Assembly: GCF_018350175.1 (NCBI RefSeq)
Contig: NC_058374.1
Location: 138,818,001-138,882,000, forward strand
DNA length: 64,000 nucleotides
Direction: 5' to 3'
Source of the DNA: Felis catus
Taxonomy: Eukaryota
Part shown: piece by piece, positions 11,463 to 22,515 of the stretch
Layout: each line of letters opens with the position of its first letter
How positions within the stretch are numbered: position 1 is the stretch's first letter
Notes under the pieces: generated by a model
What the model saw: the letters and a program-made list of their open reading frames with translations, nothing else
The model's database searches: none
What the model was told of the DNA's origin: nothing
Translations under genes and position numbers: made by a program

Positions 11463-12553
11463 GTAGGCCGGGCTCGGGCCGCGGCTCCCAGGCCCCCCCG
11501 CTCGCCGCTCCCCGTGCACGGGGAGGCCAGCGTCTGTCCCGTGGGACAGTGGGGCTGTGGGGATTTCCCTGCCGCCCGGCACCGCTCTTTCGGACGGCCC
11601 ACGAGCCCCGGGGTTGGAGGCCCCCACCCGCCGCAGGGCCCCTCAGGGCCCCTCCCGCAGACTTGAGCCAGGCGGGCCCCCGGGTCAAGGGCAGGCGCAG
11701 TACAGGGTGTTGGTCGCGGCTACCCAGAGCCTGGGGGCCTTGGGAGGAGGGACCCCTGGGGGCTGCTGTCCAGGCCTTCCGTTCCCCGGCTCTGAGGCTC
11801 AGGCCTACCTCGTGCCCACACGCCGGTACCGGGCCTGTTCTCGTTCACGGTGGAAGGCGTTTGTGGGGGTTGGGCCCTGCGTCCCAAGTCGGGGCACAGA
11901 GGACCAGCTGGCCTTGGTGTTCTCCTCCGTCTCGGATGAGGGGGGGACGTTCAGGGTCTCGGGGAGGTCTAGGAAGCCTTCCTGAAGGAGGGGACTTGGA
12001 TTTCTGGGTCTTGTGTGTAAGTGCCCTCTGAGGACAAGGTGTCTGGTGACCCGCTGATGGGAGGGGAGCTCTGGGTCAGTGTGGGTCAGGCTCTAGGACA
12101 GCAACGCCTGTTGGGAGCCCGGGCTCCTTATTAGGGGTGAAGCTTGTGTGTGTGCGAGCAGCTGAGCCAGCAGACGGGCCCCGTTTGTGCAGGTGGGGGT
12201 GAGGCGGGCAGCCTGGCTCCCCGAGGGCATGGGAGGAGATGAGGGGTTCGTCCTAGCCCTGGGGTGGTTGGGGACAAAAGGCCTTCGTGGGGGTCAAGAC
12301 CACTTAGTGCTGGCCAGTGTCCCGAGAGACTGAGGGGAGCCAGGGGGCGGGTTCCCTGGAGGAGGGGGGACCCCACCGGGGTGTCTGTGTGTGGCTGCTT
12401 GCGGCTCGGCTCAACCTCCGTGTTTGTGACCTCACGTCGCGGGGACCCCCTTTTTCTCTCGGTCCCACGTGTGTCTGTTGTCTCCTCTCTGGCCAGCCGC
12501 CAGGGCACGATGGGTACGGTGTCCGTCTGGAAGCTGTGTCGTGACCATTTGAC

Positions 12554-12783
12554 TTTTTTTTTAATTTTTTTTTTTTAACGTTTATTTATTTTTGAGACAG
12601 AAAGAGACAGAGCATGAACGGGGGAGGGTCAGAGAGAGGGAGACACAGAATCCGAAACAGGCCCCAGGCTCCAGGCTCTGAGCGGTCAGCACAGAGCCCG
12701 ACGCGGGGCTCGAACTCACGAGCCGTGACATCGTGACCTGAGCCGAAGTCGGACGCTCAACCGACCGAGCCACCCAGGCGCCC
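12554..12783 (-). mobile_element. SINEC_Fc-type SINE
   Basis: Full-length reverse SINE, TSD accatttgactttt. Confidence 0.95.
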
Positions 12784-13129
12784 TACCATTTGACTTTTTA
12801 ATGTTGCTTTCAGTGGCCTGTCCCTCGACCACGTCCCGTTTCTCAAATGTGGAGAATGGGCTGCGTGCGCCGGGGACGGGCTCAGCTCGGCCTTCGGGAG
12901 TGGGGACCCTGCCGGGGAGACGGGGGGTCTCCCCGCTGTGGTGGGGCTGTTCTGCCCTCGCGGGGTGAGGGGCGGCCCCTGGAGGGGCTCTTAGGGGGAC
13001 CGCGCTCCCCCATCTGGGCACACGTGGCTGCGCCTCCTGTAGGATGACAGCCGGCAAGGGGGGGGGCTGCGCGCGCCCCAGTCCCTGCCGACCCGGCGTG
13101 GCTGATGGGCACGCGTGTGCTCTCGGCAG

Positions 13130-13274
13130 CTGCAGACGGCCTCCTCGCGGAGCTACGTGTCCAGCGCGCCCGCTGGCCTGAGCAAGGATGAGGACACCGG
13201 TCGCTTCCACGGTACCAAGAAAGGCAATTTCCACGAGATCTTTAACCTGACGGAGAACGAGCGGCCGCTGGCGG
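13130..13274 (+). CDS. GRAMD4: GRAMD4 coding exon (145 nt; LQTASSRSYVSSAPAGLSKDEDTGRFHGTKKGNFHEIFNLTENERPLA)
   Basis: ctcggcag| and |gtacgt. Confidence 0.93.
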
Positions 13275-13942
13275 GTACGTGCGCGGAGTCCGTGACCCGC
13301 CCTGGCCTGGGTGGGGGGGTGCGGCTGGCCCCTATGCTGGGGGCCCTCGGCAGGGACAGCCCCGGGGGCTCGGAGGGCTGCTCTGGGTGGGCAGGCGGGA
13401 GAGCCGAGTGTGCTCCTGGCCCACACGGGGCCCCCCCTTTCCCGCGGCGGATGGTTTAGCGGCAGAAATCCAGGGGGTCCCCCAGAGCGCGGCTCAGAGC
13501 CGTCCCCAGTTTGAGCGTCACCTGTGCTGCCCCGGCTCGCCCTGGCCGTGACCTGTCTGGAGAGCCGTGTGGTGGGAGGCAGCCGGGGGCACTGGTCCCT
13601 GGTCAGCCTCCCAGGAAGGGCCTGCCCTGAACTCCTGACCCAATGGGCGCCCAGGGAACTGGGTTCTAGAACTGCCTGGCGGTCTGTAGCGTGTGGTGAC
13701 CAGCTGCGGAAGAAAGCCCTGAGACCCGACCTTTGACCTCCTCCTGGCCCCTCCTCCTGCAGACCCAGGATGTGCAAATGTGCTTGCCAGGAAGGCGGGG
13801 GTGGGGGGGGGCGCCCTGCCTTCCTCCCGGGGCGTTACCCGGTGGCGGGGAGCGTGTGTCGGTGCGTCTTTGGGAAGCCTGGGGTGATGGGCTCCCACGG
13901 TGAGTGGGAGGAAGCGCTCACGGTCGCTTTCGTCCCCGCTAG

Positions 13943-14036
13943 TGTGCGAGAACGGCTGGCGCTGCTGCTTGATTAACCGGGACCGGAAGATGCCCACAGA
14001 CTACATCCGCAACGGGGTCCTGTACGTGACGGAGAA
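13943..14036 (+). CDS. GRAMD4: GRAMD4 coding exon (94 nt; VCENGWRCCLINRDRKMPTDYIRNGVLYVTE), GRAM domain
   Basis: cccgctag| and |gtgagt; GVLYVTENYLCF GRAM motif spans the junction. Confidence 0.95.
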
Positions 14037-14588
14037 GTGAGTGCCCCCGGGGACTGGCCTCGAGTGGCGGGCCCGCGGCTGCACTTGCTGTGCTTTCGGG
14101 GAAAGGCTTTGCTTCTCCCCGAGAACGAGACCGGAGAGCTTGCCCCTGGGGGTGGGGGGGGGGCCCTCCGCCAGGTGTAGGGGCGGGAAGAGGGGCTCCG
14201 GGGCGGGACCTGTTCTCAGCCCCGCGGCCCTCGGCCGCCCTGCCCCCGCACTCACGGCCCGCGGCCACGGGCCACGCCTCCCTCTCTGCCCCTCGCTGAA
14301 GGAACGGGCCTCGGGGACATTCTTGGTTCTGGTTGGGCAGCGCGAGGATGCCTGGCATCCTTCTGACGTCAGCCAGGTTCCGTGTAGGGCGGCGGATTCA
14401 GTCTGTAAAAACCGTGAAAGTCTCTCTCTCAAAGTGAGGCCTTCTGTAAAAGGCCGGTGCGTGGCGACAGGTGGGAGGGGCCCTCTGGGGGTCGCCCTCG
14501 CCCCCTGGGGACCGTGGTGGCGGCGGCCCGGACGGGGCATCCCCGGTCAGTTGCTGGGTTACGCCCCTGTTGCTCTCTCCCCCGGTAG

Positions 14589-14673
14589 TTACCTGTGCTT
14601 CGAAAGCTCCAAGTCCGGTTCTTCCAAGAGGAACAAAGTCATCAAGCTGGTGGACATCACAGACATCCAGAAG
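14589..14673 (+). CDS. GRAMD4: GRAMD4 coding exon (85 nt; YLCFESSKSGSSKRNKVIKLVDITDIQK)
   Basis: cccggtag| and |gtcggt. Confidence 0.95.
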
Positions 14674-15482
14674 GTCGGTTGGGCCCCCTCCTCCCTTCTC
14701 CTCGCCCCCTCCCGCGTCGGGAAGAGGAGGCCGTAGGGCCGTGAAGCGGCCGGGCTCCAGCCGCGTGAGTTCAGCAGGGAGCTTTGCTGGCCTCGCTCCT
14801 GGCCACGGCAGGGCCCCCCTTCTGGAAGGCCTCCACGCAGAGCCCCCTGGGCTCCGTCAGCGTCCGTGTGCCACGACGGGCCTCTCCCACCTCCTCACGG
14901 GTCTGCGCCGGGCGCTCTCCCCCAGATGGGTCAGGCGAGCACGGCAGGGTGGGTCCCAGCTCAGGCCCCTGGGCCCCTGCAGCCACTGTGTATCTGCCCC
15001 GAGATGCTCCCCCTGCCTCGAGCGTTTCCTCAGCCAGTTTCCCTCGGGTGTGGTCACGTGGCGTGGGCGGGGTCGACGCACGCCCTTGGCGGGGCCGCCG
15101 GGCCCACCTGCTCCCCGTCTCCAGGGTCTCAGCGCGTAGGACGCGGGCCAGCCCGGGCTGTGGGGTGGACCCGGGCTCGTTGGTGTGTCAGGGGCACCCC
15201 GCTGGTTGTTGGGGCCCTGGGCCCTCCGCGCCTCCCCGCTGGGGCGTTCTGCTCGTGCGGTGCCCCGTAGGCAGACCCTGTGTCGCTTGGGCCCTTCCGG
15301 GAGGGGGCGGGAGGGGGCGTTCGCAGGTCTGGGTTCTCAGTCACAAGGTCCGTCTGTCTTCTTGTGGTCAGGAAGGCCGGGGCTCCGTGGGGCTTGGTGT
15401 CCGTGGGCCCCGGGGCATGGGGACAGGCTTGGCCCTGGTCCTGGGAGGGGCCCGTGGTGACAGTGTGCTGTCGTCCCCTCAG

Positions 15483-15551
15483 TACAAGGTTCTCTCTGTC
15501 CTCCCGGGGTCAGGCATGGGGATTGCCGTGTCAACGCCATCAACCCAGAAA
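15483..15551 (+). CDS. GRAMD4: GRAMD4 coding exon (69 nt; YKVLSVLPGSGMGIAVSTPSTQK)
   Basis: cccctcag| and |gtaagt. Confidence 0.95.
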
Positions 15552-15610
15552 GTAAGTGCTGGGTGGGAAGCCGGGGAGCCTGGGGTGGGCCCGGGGCTGC
15601 GGCCGTAAGG

Positions 15611-16325
15611 NNNNNNNNNNNNNNNNNNNNNNNNNNNNNNNNNNNNNNNNNNNNNNNNNNNNNNNNNNNNNNNNNNNNNNNNNNNNNNNNNNNNNNNNNN
15701 NNNNNNNNNNNNNNNNNNNNNNNNNNNNNNNNNNNNNNNNNNNNNNNNNNNNNNNNNNNNNNNNNNNNNNNNNNNNNNNNNNNNNNNNNNNNNNNNNNNN
15801 NNNNNNNNNNNNNNNNNNNNNNNNNNNNNNNNNNNNNNNNNNNNNNNNNNNNNNNNNNNNNNNNNNNNNNNNNNNNNNNNNNNNNNNNNNNNNNNNNNNN
15901 NNNNNNNNNNNNNNNNNNNNNNNNNNNNNNNNNNNNNNNNNNNNNNNNNNNNNNNNNNNNNNNNNNNNNNNNNNNNNNNNNNNNNNNNNNNNNNNNNNNN
16001 NNNNNNNNNNNNNNNNNNNNNNNNNNNNNNNNNNNNNNNNNNNNNNNNNNNNNNNNNNNNNNNNNNNNNNNNNNNNNNNNNNNNNNNNNNNNNNNNNNNN
16101 NNNNNNNNNNNNNNNNNNNNNNNNNNNNNNNNNNNNNNNNNNNNNNNNNNNNNNNNNNNNNNNNNNNNNNNNNNNNNNNNNNNNNNNNNNNNNNNNNNNN
16201 NNNNNNNNNNNNNNNNNNNNNNNNNNNNNNNNNNNNNNNNNNNNNNNNNNNNNNNNNNNNNNNNNNNNNNNNNNNNNNNNNNNNNNNNNNNNNNNNNNNN
16301 NNNNNNNNNNNNNNNNNNNNNNNNN
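15611..16325. other. Assembly gap (715 N) in last GRAMD4 intron
   Basis: Run of N. Confidence 1.
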
Positions 16326-16557
16326 TGCTGCTCTCTCTGGTGTGGGTCAGGTGGGGGCTGAGGCCCGCAGCGGGGGAGGGTGAGCCAGGGGTCCCCCCGA
16401 AGGCCGGGGGGCCGGCCTCTGGGTGGAGGCCCTTGAGCACCAGAGCCTGAGGGGCTCTGCTAGGACCTGGCCTGGGGCCAGGCAGGGCCTGTGTTGGGGG
16501 CGGTCCTCCTGGCTGCGTGCCCGTGCCGGGTCACCCACCGCCTTTCCTCCCCGCCAG

Positions 16558-16662
16558 CCGCTGGTGTTTGGTGCCATGGTGCATAGAGACGAGGCCTTCG
16601 AGACCATTTTTAGCCAGTACATGAAGATCACAGCAGCAGCCGCGTCTGGTAGTGACAGCTAG
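16558..16662 (+). CDS. GRAMD4: GRAMD4 last coding exon (PLVFGAMVHRDEAFETIFSQYMKITAAAASGSDS*)
   Basis: cccgccag| acceptor; TAG stop 16660-16662. Confidence 0.96.
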   Translation, partial: PLVFGAMVHRDEAFETIFSQYMKITAAAASGSDS

Positions 16663-18953
16663 TGTCCGTTCTTCCGGGATTCGCTGGAAGGCTTTTTGTT
16701 GTTGTCGCTGTTGTTGTTCTCTTTGGTTTCTTGTCTGTCGTTTGTTTTTTTAACGATTTGATGGTGGAAACACTTTGGACATCCTCCTGATCCTTTGCAA
16801 TAATTCCCCTCGATCTGTGGTTTCTGTTGTGTTTACCCTGCGTCTTACGGACCCTTCACGCAGGGGTTGGGGCCCGCAGACAGCGCCAGCCCATCTGACG
16901 GGTGAGGCGTGTCCCACGACCGCGTGGACACGGAGGCGGGGGATCATCGGAGGCCCGTGGAACGGAGGACACGCAGGAGGCGCCGGCCCCAGCCACCGCC
17001 GAGCGCAGCGGCTGTTTCTGAGCCCCCGCCTGGCCAGAGCCCCCGCGCCAGCCGCGCACCCAGCCCTCCGGAGGCTGAAGCTCTTCCACACCAGAAGCCA
17101 TAGCTAAGGAACAGGCACTCCCTCCTCCTGGGGGTGAAGGACGTCGGTGACGAGCAGCTCAGAGGCCCCTTCACCGACCGGCCGGGAACGGGTCTTGCGC
17201 CTTCCTCTGGAGAGACCCCCGGCCGCGTGTCCTCAGGGCGAGATCTGGGCCGGGGGTGTGGCCCCGTCCGGCTTCAGCTCTGTGCTGCCCTTCGTGGGGG
17301 AAGCGAGGCTGGCTGGGCCGGGGGCCCCCCGCCCCCGCCCCCACCCCGTCCTGACGAGCCCCCGGGAGTCCCGGGCGTGGTAACCGACGCGGATACAGAG
17401 TGATGTGCCGCAGAAGCACATCTTTTTAACGCTTTGCCCTTCGGAGAGCCCCGTAGAACGCGTCCCAAGACCTTTGGGGGCACCCCAAGCCATGGTTGCT
17501 CTCAGACGGATGTCAGCCGCTGCGTGGCTGGCGCTGGCCTCCGGACGAGGGAGGGGGTTCTGGGGTGGGCAGGGGCGGACAGGAGCGGCCGGGCTTGCGG
17601 CCGGTCCGCCCGGGGAGCCGTACGGGGATGCTCCGGAGGGCACCGGCTCCGGGGAGTGGCCGTGAGCGGGGCCCGGAGGTTTGGGGCCGGGCGGTCTGCA
17701 CCCCTGACGTCCGACGGTGTCCCGGTGGGCACACAGCTGCGCTGGCACACGCTCGGGGGGGTGAGGGTGAGCTGGCACCGGTCTGGCCCCCCCCCCCCCC
17801 CCCCGACGCCTGGGGAAGCCAGCGCTCCTGTGGCCGAGGCCGGGGGCGGGGGCGGTGCCGTGTGGGGACAGGCCTGTGACGTCTGTGAAGGACAGGCTGA
17901 GATCGTGGCGGTCAGCGCACTTCCGACTCGACTACTCCAGCTCCTTGGCTTGTCCTGAGTCCTTTTGGGTGTCACTGGGATTGTTTTTTGAAGAAACAGA
18001 AGATTATATTTTTTACAGAGAGCAAGCTGTTTTTCTTATTTTTGTATCATTTTTCAGATGTAATTTTTACCTTTGCTCTAATCCTAATTTGCTGGTTTGG
18101 GTGAGACCCGGTGGCATCGCTCACGTCCCCCCCCCGCTTCCCGGGGGACCGTAGGGCCACGCTCCGGGGCCCGGGCAGCGCCTCCGGGGGGCCCAGCCGA
18201 CCAGCCTGATGAAGCACACCCCCGACCCAGTCGGTGAGATCTGAGGGCGCCCGTGGCACCCACCAGCTCCGGCCGTGCTGTTGGCGGGACCCCGCGGGCC
18301 GCCCTTCCGTAACAATGGAGGCAGAGCCCGCCGTAAACCTTGGCTTTGGCTGCCACACAGCTGGGCCGGCTCTCGTGGCCCCGTGGAGGTTTAGGGCACA
18401 CCTGGGGACCCCCCCCCCCCGGCAGATCCTCCCTCAGCACCCGAGGCCCATGGGGACAGGCTGCAGGGCGACCCCGGGGCCGCCAAGGGGTCGGCGTGTG
18501 GCCTGTCCACGGGGTGGCCTCGCCCTCTTCGGCAGAGGGGGTGGTTTGGTTTGAGTCCCTTTTGAGGAGAAAGGGAGATGAAAACTGACCACGTGCCGAG
18601 CGCGGCCCCGGGGGCACCGGCTTCTGTGGGCGCCCAGGCCCCGCCGGGAGGAAGGCGGGCCCGCCGCGGGCTCCGGGCTTCCTGGCAGAGCGAGCCGTCG
18701 TTTCTCTCGAGTTGTGTAAATCTGGGCAGACACTGCGTTTCTACGACTGATCACCGAACTAGAAGGAATGTTACATTTTCTACGTCTGAAGCTTGAGTGT
18801 ATTTTGGATCTGTAAATAGTCGTTACTGCTGTCATCTTTGTTCAACGAAAGGATTGTACTGTATGAAGAACCAATGAAAACTCCCCTGTAACATTTTTTT
18901 AAGAAAACTTTGTTTGTTTAAAGAAGTCTTGTATAAATTATAATTTTTATTTA

Positions 18954-18959
18954 AATAAA
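18954..18959 (+). terminator. GRAMD4 polyadenylation signal AATAAA
   Basis: Canonical hexamer ending an AT-rich 3'UTR block, followed by an abrupt return to GC-rich sequence. Confidence 0.8.
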
Positions 18960-21059
18960 CCCGACGTGCTCTGTGCTCAGGGGAGCGGTGGGGGCGGGAA
19001 GGGGGGTGCGCTTGGCTTTCCTGGCAGAGCCCGAGTGCGTCCCGGGCAGCGGGAGCCCAGGAATCCCGCGGCCACCGGGGCACTGGAGGGTCCTGGGGGT
19101 TTGGGGCTCCACAGCTGTCTCGGTGACCGCGGGGGGTGAGGTGGGTGCCCGGGGAGCGGGCTGTGGGATGGGGCCACGAAGGAGGGTCCCAGGGGCCCGT
19201 GGACATCGAGGAGCTGGGGGGAGCAGGGAGCAGGGCCCCAGGTTCTAGAAGGAGACTGTAGGCCAGTGGGGCCGGCAGCTTGCAGGTTGGGGCGTCCCGG
19301 GCCTGGCACCGGGTGGCAGTGGGTGGTGGGACCATCACTGCAGGGCCGCGGGGGAGCCTGGGGAAGGAACGGAAGCGGCGCCTCGGGTTTGGGGTAAGGG
19401 CCCCGGCCCCACCTGGGCGTGACCTCACTGGGAGGGGTGGGCGTCGCTGGGGCCCTCCCCTGGGGTCTGAGGCTGAGAGGTGGGGGGACTCGAGGACCCC
19501 GGGCAGAGGGATCCCCAGTGGCACCTGTGGCTTGGCCGATCCCGACACTGACCCTGGAGACAGAGGGATGCAGGAACCGGGCCGACTTCTGAACCCGCCG
19601 CAGTCCCGCACCGAGCTGAGCTGCACACGACTGAGGGCGTCCGGCCCCCAGCACCCCAAGCCCACAGGAGCCCGCGGGAGGCAGAGACCCACCCGGCTCC
19701 CTCCAGGGGAGCTGGAGCTGGACAGAAACCAGGTCTGATGGGCCAGCTCTGCCCCCAGAGGCGTGGCCTTGTGTCCTGCCTCCATCCACCTGTTCGTCCA
19801 GCCATCTCCCCATCCATCTGCTGCAGGCACTGTCCGAGGGGCTGGGACGTAGCCATGAAGGGCCGGTGGTCCCTGGGAATCCCCGTGCCGTCCCCCAACC
19901 CGACTCTCCTGACAGCAAGAGAGGGCTTGCCTAGCCCCAGAGCCCCCGCTCGCCCCTCTGCAGCACGGCTCGACAGGACGGTCCCTGCGAGCGCCCGGCC
20001 CTGTGGGGACACCTGCTCTCTGGAGGCAGAAGGGCGAGGAGGGATCCGAGCCCAGGGTGTGGGCGGCACAGGCCCCACCCATCCTCGCTGGTGGGGCTCC
20101 GGGTTCTACGTCTGTTTTCCCATTTGATGGGCCAGTAGAACAGCACAGAGCTGCCTAATCGTGATCGAAAACTTCGCTAGCTGTATTTCAGCGTGGTTGG
20201 TTTCCTCTGGGGGCCTGGACACGGCATTTCGCAGCAGCACTCTGGAGAGGCCGTCTCTGGCTTCACCTGGGCGTCCGTGAAGCCAAAAAAGGCGACCGGG
20301 TGCCCCTGTAGTACTTGGCCTCTATTCTTGGAGAGATCGAGCCCCTGCGGTGCTCCTTCTGGCTGCAGATCGGGTGGGGGGGGTCCGGGGACGGAGGAGA
20401 CAGGAACACAGAGTCATTTGTTAACGGTCTTGTTCAAGCGGGCTTCCCTTCACAGGCACCCGTGGTTTCTTCTGTAACAGCACCTAGCGAGCGAGTCTCA
20501 GGACCGTGTGAGTAAATGCGAGGGCCACACGTGGCCTGGGGGGCTGTCACCACGCGGTCAGGAGCCAAAGGTGGTGATTCCGTTCACCCACAGAAACCAA
20601 CACGCGGAGCTGACTCCGAACGCGTCTGCTGTTAACGGAGGCTGGAGTGAGGGGTTGGCTACTTGGGGTGTGATGGCCCTGAAGGCTGCGGGAGATTCAG
20701 GGGGCGGCCACTGCCCGCGAGGTGAGGAAGGATCCGGAAGACCCTGTCCTGTGCTAGGGTGTGTGGGGAAGCCCCCAGAACCCACCGAAGCAGGGAAGCC
20801 CGCCCCTTCCTTCTGCAGGGTCCTGGACCCTGCTCCCTTAGAGGCACTGTTGTCCCTTCTGTCCCTAGCAGTCCGAGCTGGTGCAGACAGGGGGACCCGA
20901 AACGTGTAAGGTCGTAAAGGCATCTCCTCGAGGACTCCTGCGGGTAGGTGATGGGACTGGGGAAACCCCAGGTCTACAGCTAAGTTGTCACACGAGGCAC
21001 GTTTTCTGGAGACCGTGTGGTATGTGGTACATTAAAAAAATCCCACTTTTATGTAAAAT

Positions 21060-21320
21060 AAAAAAAATTTTTTAGGAGGTAACAGCCCCAAAATACATTT
21101 TTTAGGAATATATCTAAACAGGATGAAAAGAGATTTCAGGGAAAATTCTAAAACTGTTGAAAGACCTGAGCGAGGACCCTTCTAAATGGCGAGTGCCGCG
21201 TTCGCACGCCGGGAAGTTCAGTTTCGTGATGAAAACATCTCAAAACGTGCGGAATGAAGAAGTTGCAGAAGACAGCGCGCGGTGGGTTTCCTTTCACACA
21301 ATGAGCGAAGTGCGTGGAAC
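21060..21320 (+). mobile_element. Old L1 ORF2 fragment
   Basis: ttaggaatatatctaaac...gaaaattctaaaactgttgaaag...aaatgg resembles the L1M ORF2 consensus. Confidence 0.5.
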
Positions 21321-21586
21321 TGAACCATGTGCCTGAGCCTCTGAGCCCTCAGGAAGGAAGACCCCTGCTACCGCCCGCTGGGGCTCAGCAGCCGTGTCCT
21401 GTCCTGCCAGATAAGCCGATGGGAGGTGGATGGACGGGAGGAAGGACACAGCGCTTTTATTTGATGCCGATGTTTAGTTCACGCGAAGTCCCACGGAGGC
21501 GGTTAAACCCGGGGCTTATGTAGCATTTTAGCAAGAGGACGCTTAACTTTGTCAAGAAGTGACAGAAGGACACCAGGGTTTGGGAG

Positions 21587-21745
21587 GGGGCCGCCTGGGT
21601 GGCTCAGTCGATGGAGCGTCTGACTTCAGCTCGGGTCACAAATCTTGAGGTTCGTGGGTTCAAGCCCCATATTGGGCTGCTATCAGCACAGAGCCTGCTT
21701 AGGATCCTGTCTCGCTCACCACCCCCCAAAAAAAGAAAAAAAAAA
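21587..21745 (+). mobile_element. CAN-SINE
   Basis: SINE head and A-rich tail. Confidence 0.9.
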
Positions 21746-21793
21746 GGAAGGAAAGGGGTTTGGGCTTCTAAGGTAACATGACTTTACTGGGGA

Positions 21794-22019
21794 TTTTTTT
21801 TTAACGTTTATTCATTTATGTAATAATTTATTTTTTGAGAGAGAGTGCACGTGCGTGCACAAGTGGGGGAGGGGCAGAAAGAGAGGGACACAGAATCCGA
21901 AGCGGGCTCCAGGCTCCGAGCTGTCAGCACAGAGCCCGACGCGGGGCTCGAACTCACGAACCGTGAGACGGTGATCTGAGCCCAAGTCGGCCACTTAACT
22001 GAGCCACCCGGGCGCCCCC
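21794..22019 (-). mobile_element. SINEC_Fc-type SINE
   Basis: Reverse SINE, TSD tactgggga. Confidence 0.95.
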
Positions 22020-22258
22020 TACTGGGGAATTTTGTGTGGGAAATAACGGAGGATTTAGGCTCGTGCAGACCCACCTCCCCAGCGGTAGACGCGGTGGACG
22101 GGGTTCTGCTCCTGGAAGCAGAGAGGAGGGCACACCTTCTCAAGGGGAAGTTTATGTCCCACTCTTAGCGGGGACGGGGCGGGTGGGGGGCAGGAAGCTC
22201 CTTCTGCATTTGCGGCCTGAGGGTCTTCAGCTCAAAACAATCCTATGCCAAAGTGTGT
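22020..22258. mobile_element. Probable ERV1-class LTR fragment (MER4/MER31/MER34-group-like)
   Basis: ttcagctcaaaacaatcctatgccaaagtg resembles a motif recalled from this LTR group; family uncertain. Confidence 0.45.
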
Positions 22259-22404
22259 GTTGTGTGCGTCCCCTCCCCTCACACGGACCAAGGGAACAGC
22301 ACGCTGCGAACAGCCACCTCTGTGGAGGGGCGGGGAGGGGAGGGGTCAGCCCCTAAGGACACACGGGGACTCTGGGCCTGGCCGGTAGGTACACCATCGT
22401 TCAT

Positions 22405-22410
22405 TTTATT
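22405..22410 (-). terminator. CERK candidate polyadenylation signal AATAAA (distal)
   Basis: TTTATT on + strand at the edge of an AT-rich block. Confidence 0.65.
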
Positions 22411-22509
22411 CTTGCTCTTTAAATTGTACACAGGTGTTTTCACAAAACATGCTCCGCTTTGAAAATAACAGGAGTTTATAAAAGAAGAAAAAATTCTGCC
22501 CAACGTAAC

Positions 22510-22515
22510 TTTATT
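22510..22515 (-). terminator. CERK candidate polyadenylation signal AATAAA (proximal)
   Basis: TTTATT on + strand; first canonical hexamer I find downstream of the CERK stop. Confidence 0.6.

Larger units (their letters stand above)
2561..18980 (+). other. GRAMD4: GRAMD4 gene, 3' portion (15 coding exons plus 3'UTR); 5' exons outside window
   Basis: Spliced exons translate to RTEEQTAQQPPKGQ...KWFYEKFGEYVEDFRFQPEE...GRAM domain...AAASGSDS*, matching mammalian GRAMD4 as I recall it. All junctions are GT-AG with consistent phase. The 3' end position is approximate. Confidence 0.97.

Noticed and set aside
15337-16450. Long ORFs spanning 15.3-16.4 kb
   Set aside because: Artefacts of translating the N gap
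18832-20082. 416-aa minus-strand ORF across the GRAMD4 3' end
   Set aside because: Pro/Gly/Arg-rich product expected from very high GC content; no homology recognised
20130-20370. Possible processed pseudogene or exon in the intergenic region
   Set aside because: Manual translation gave no recognisable protein; no polyA tail or TSD
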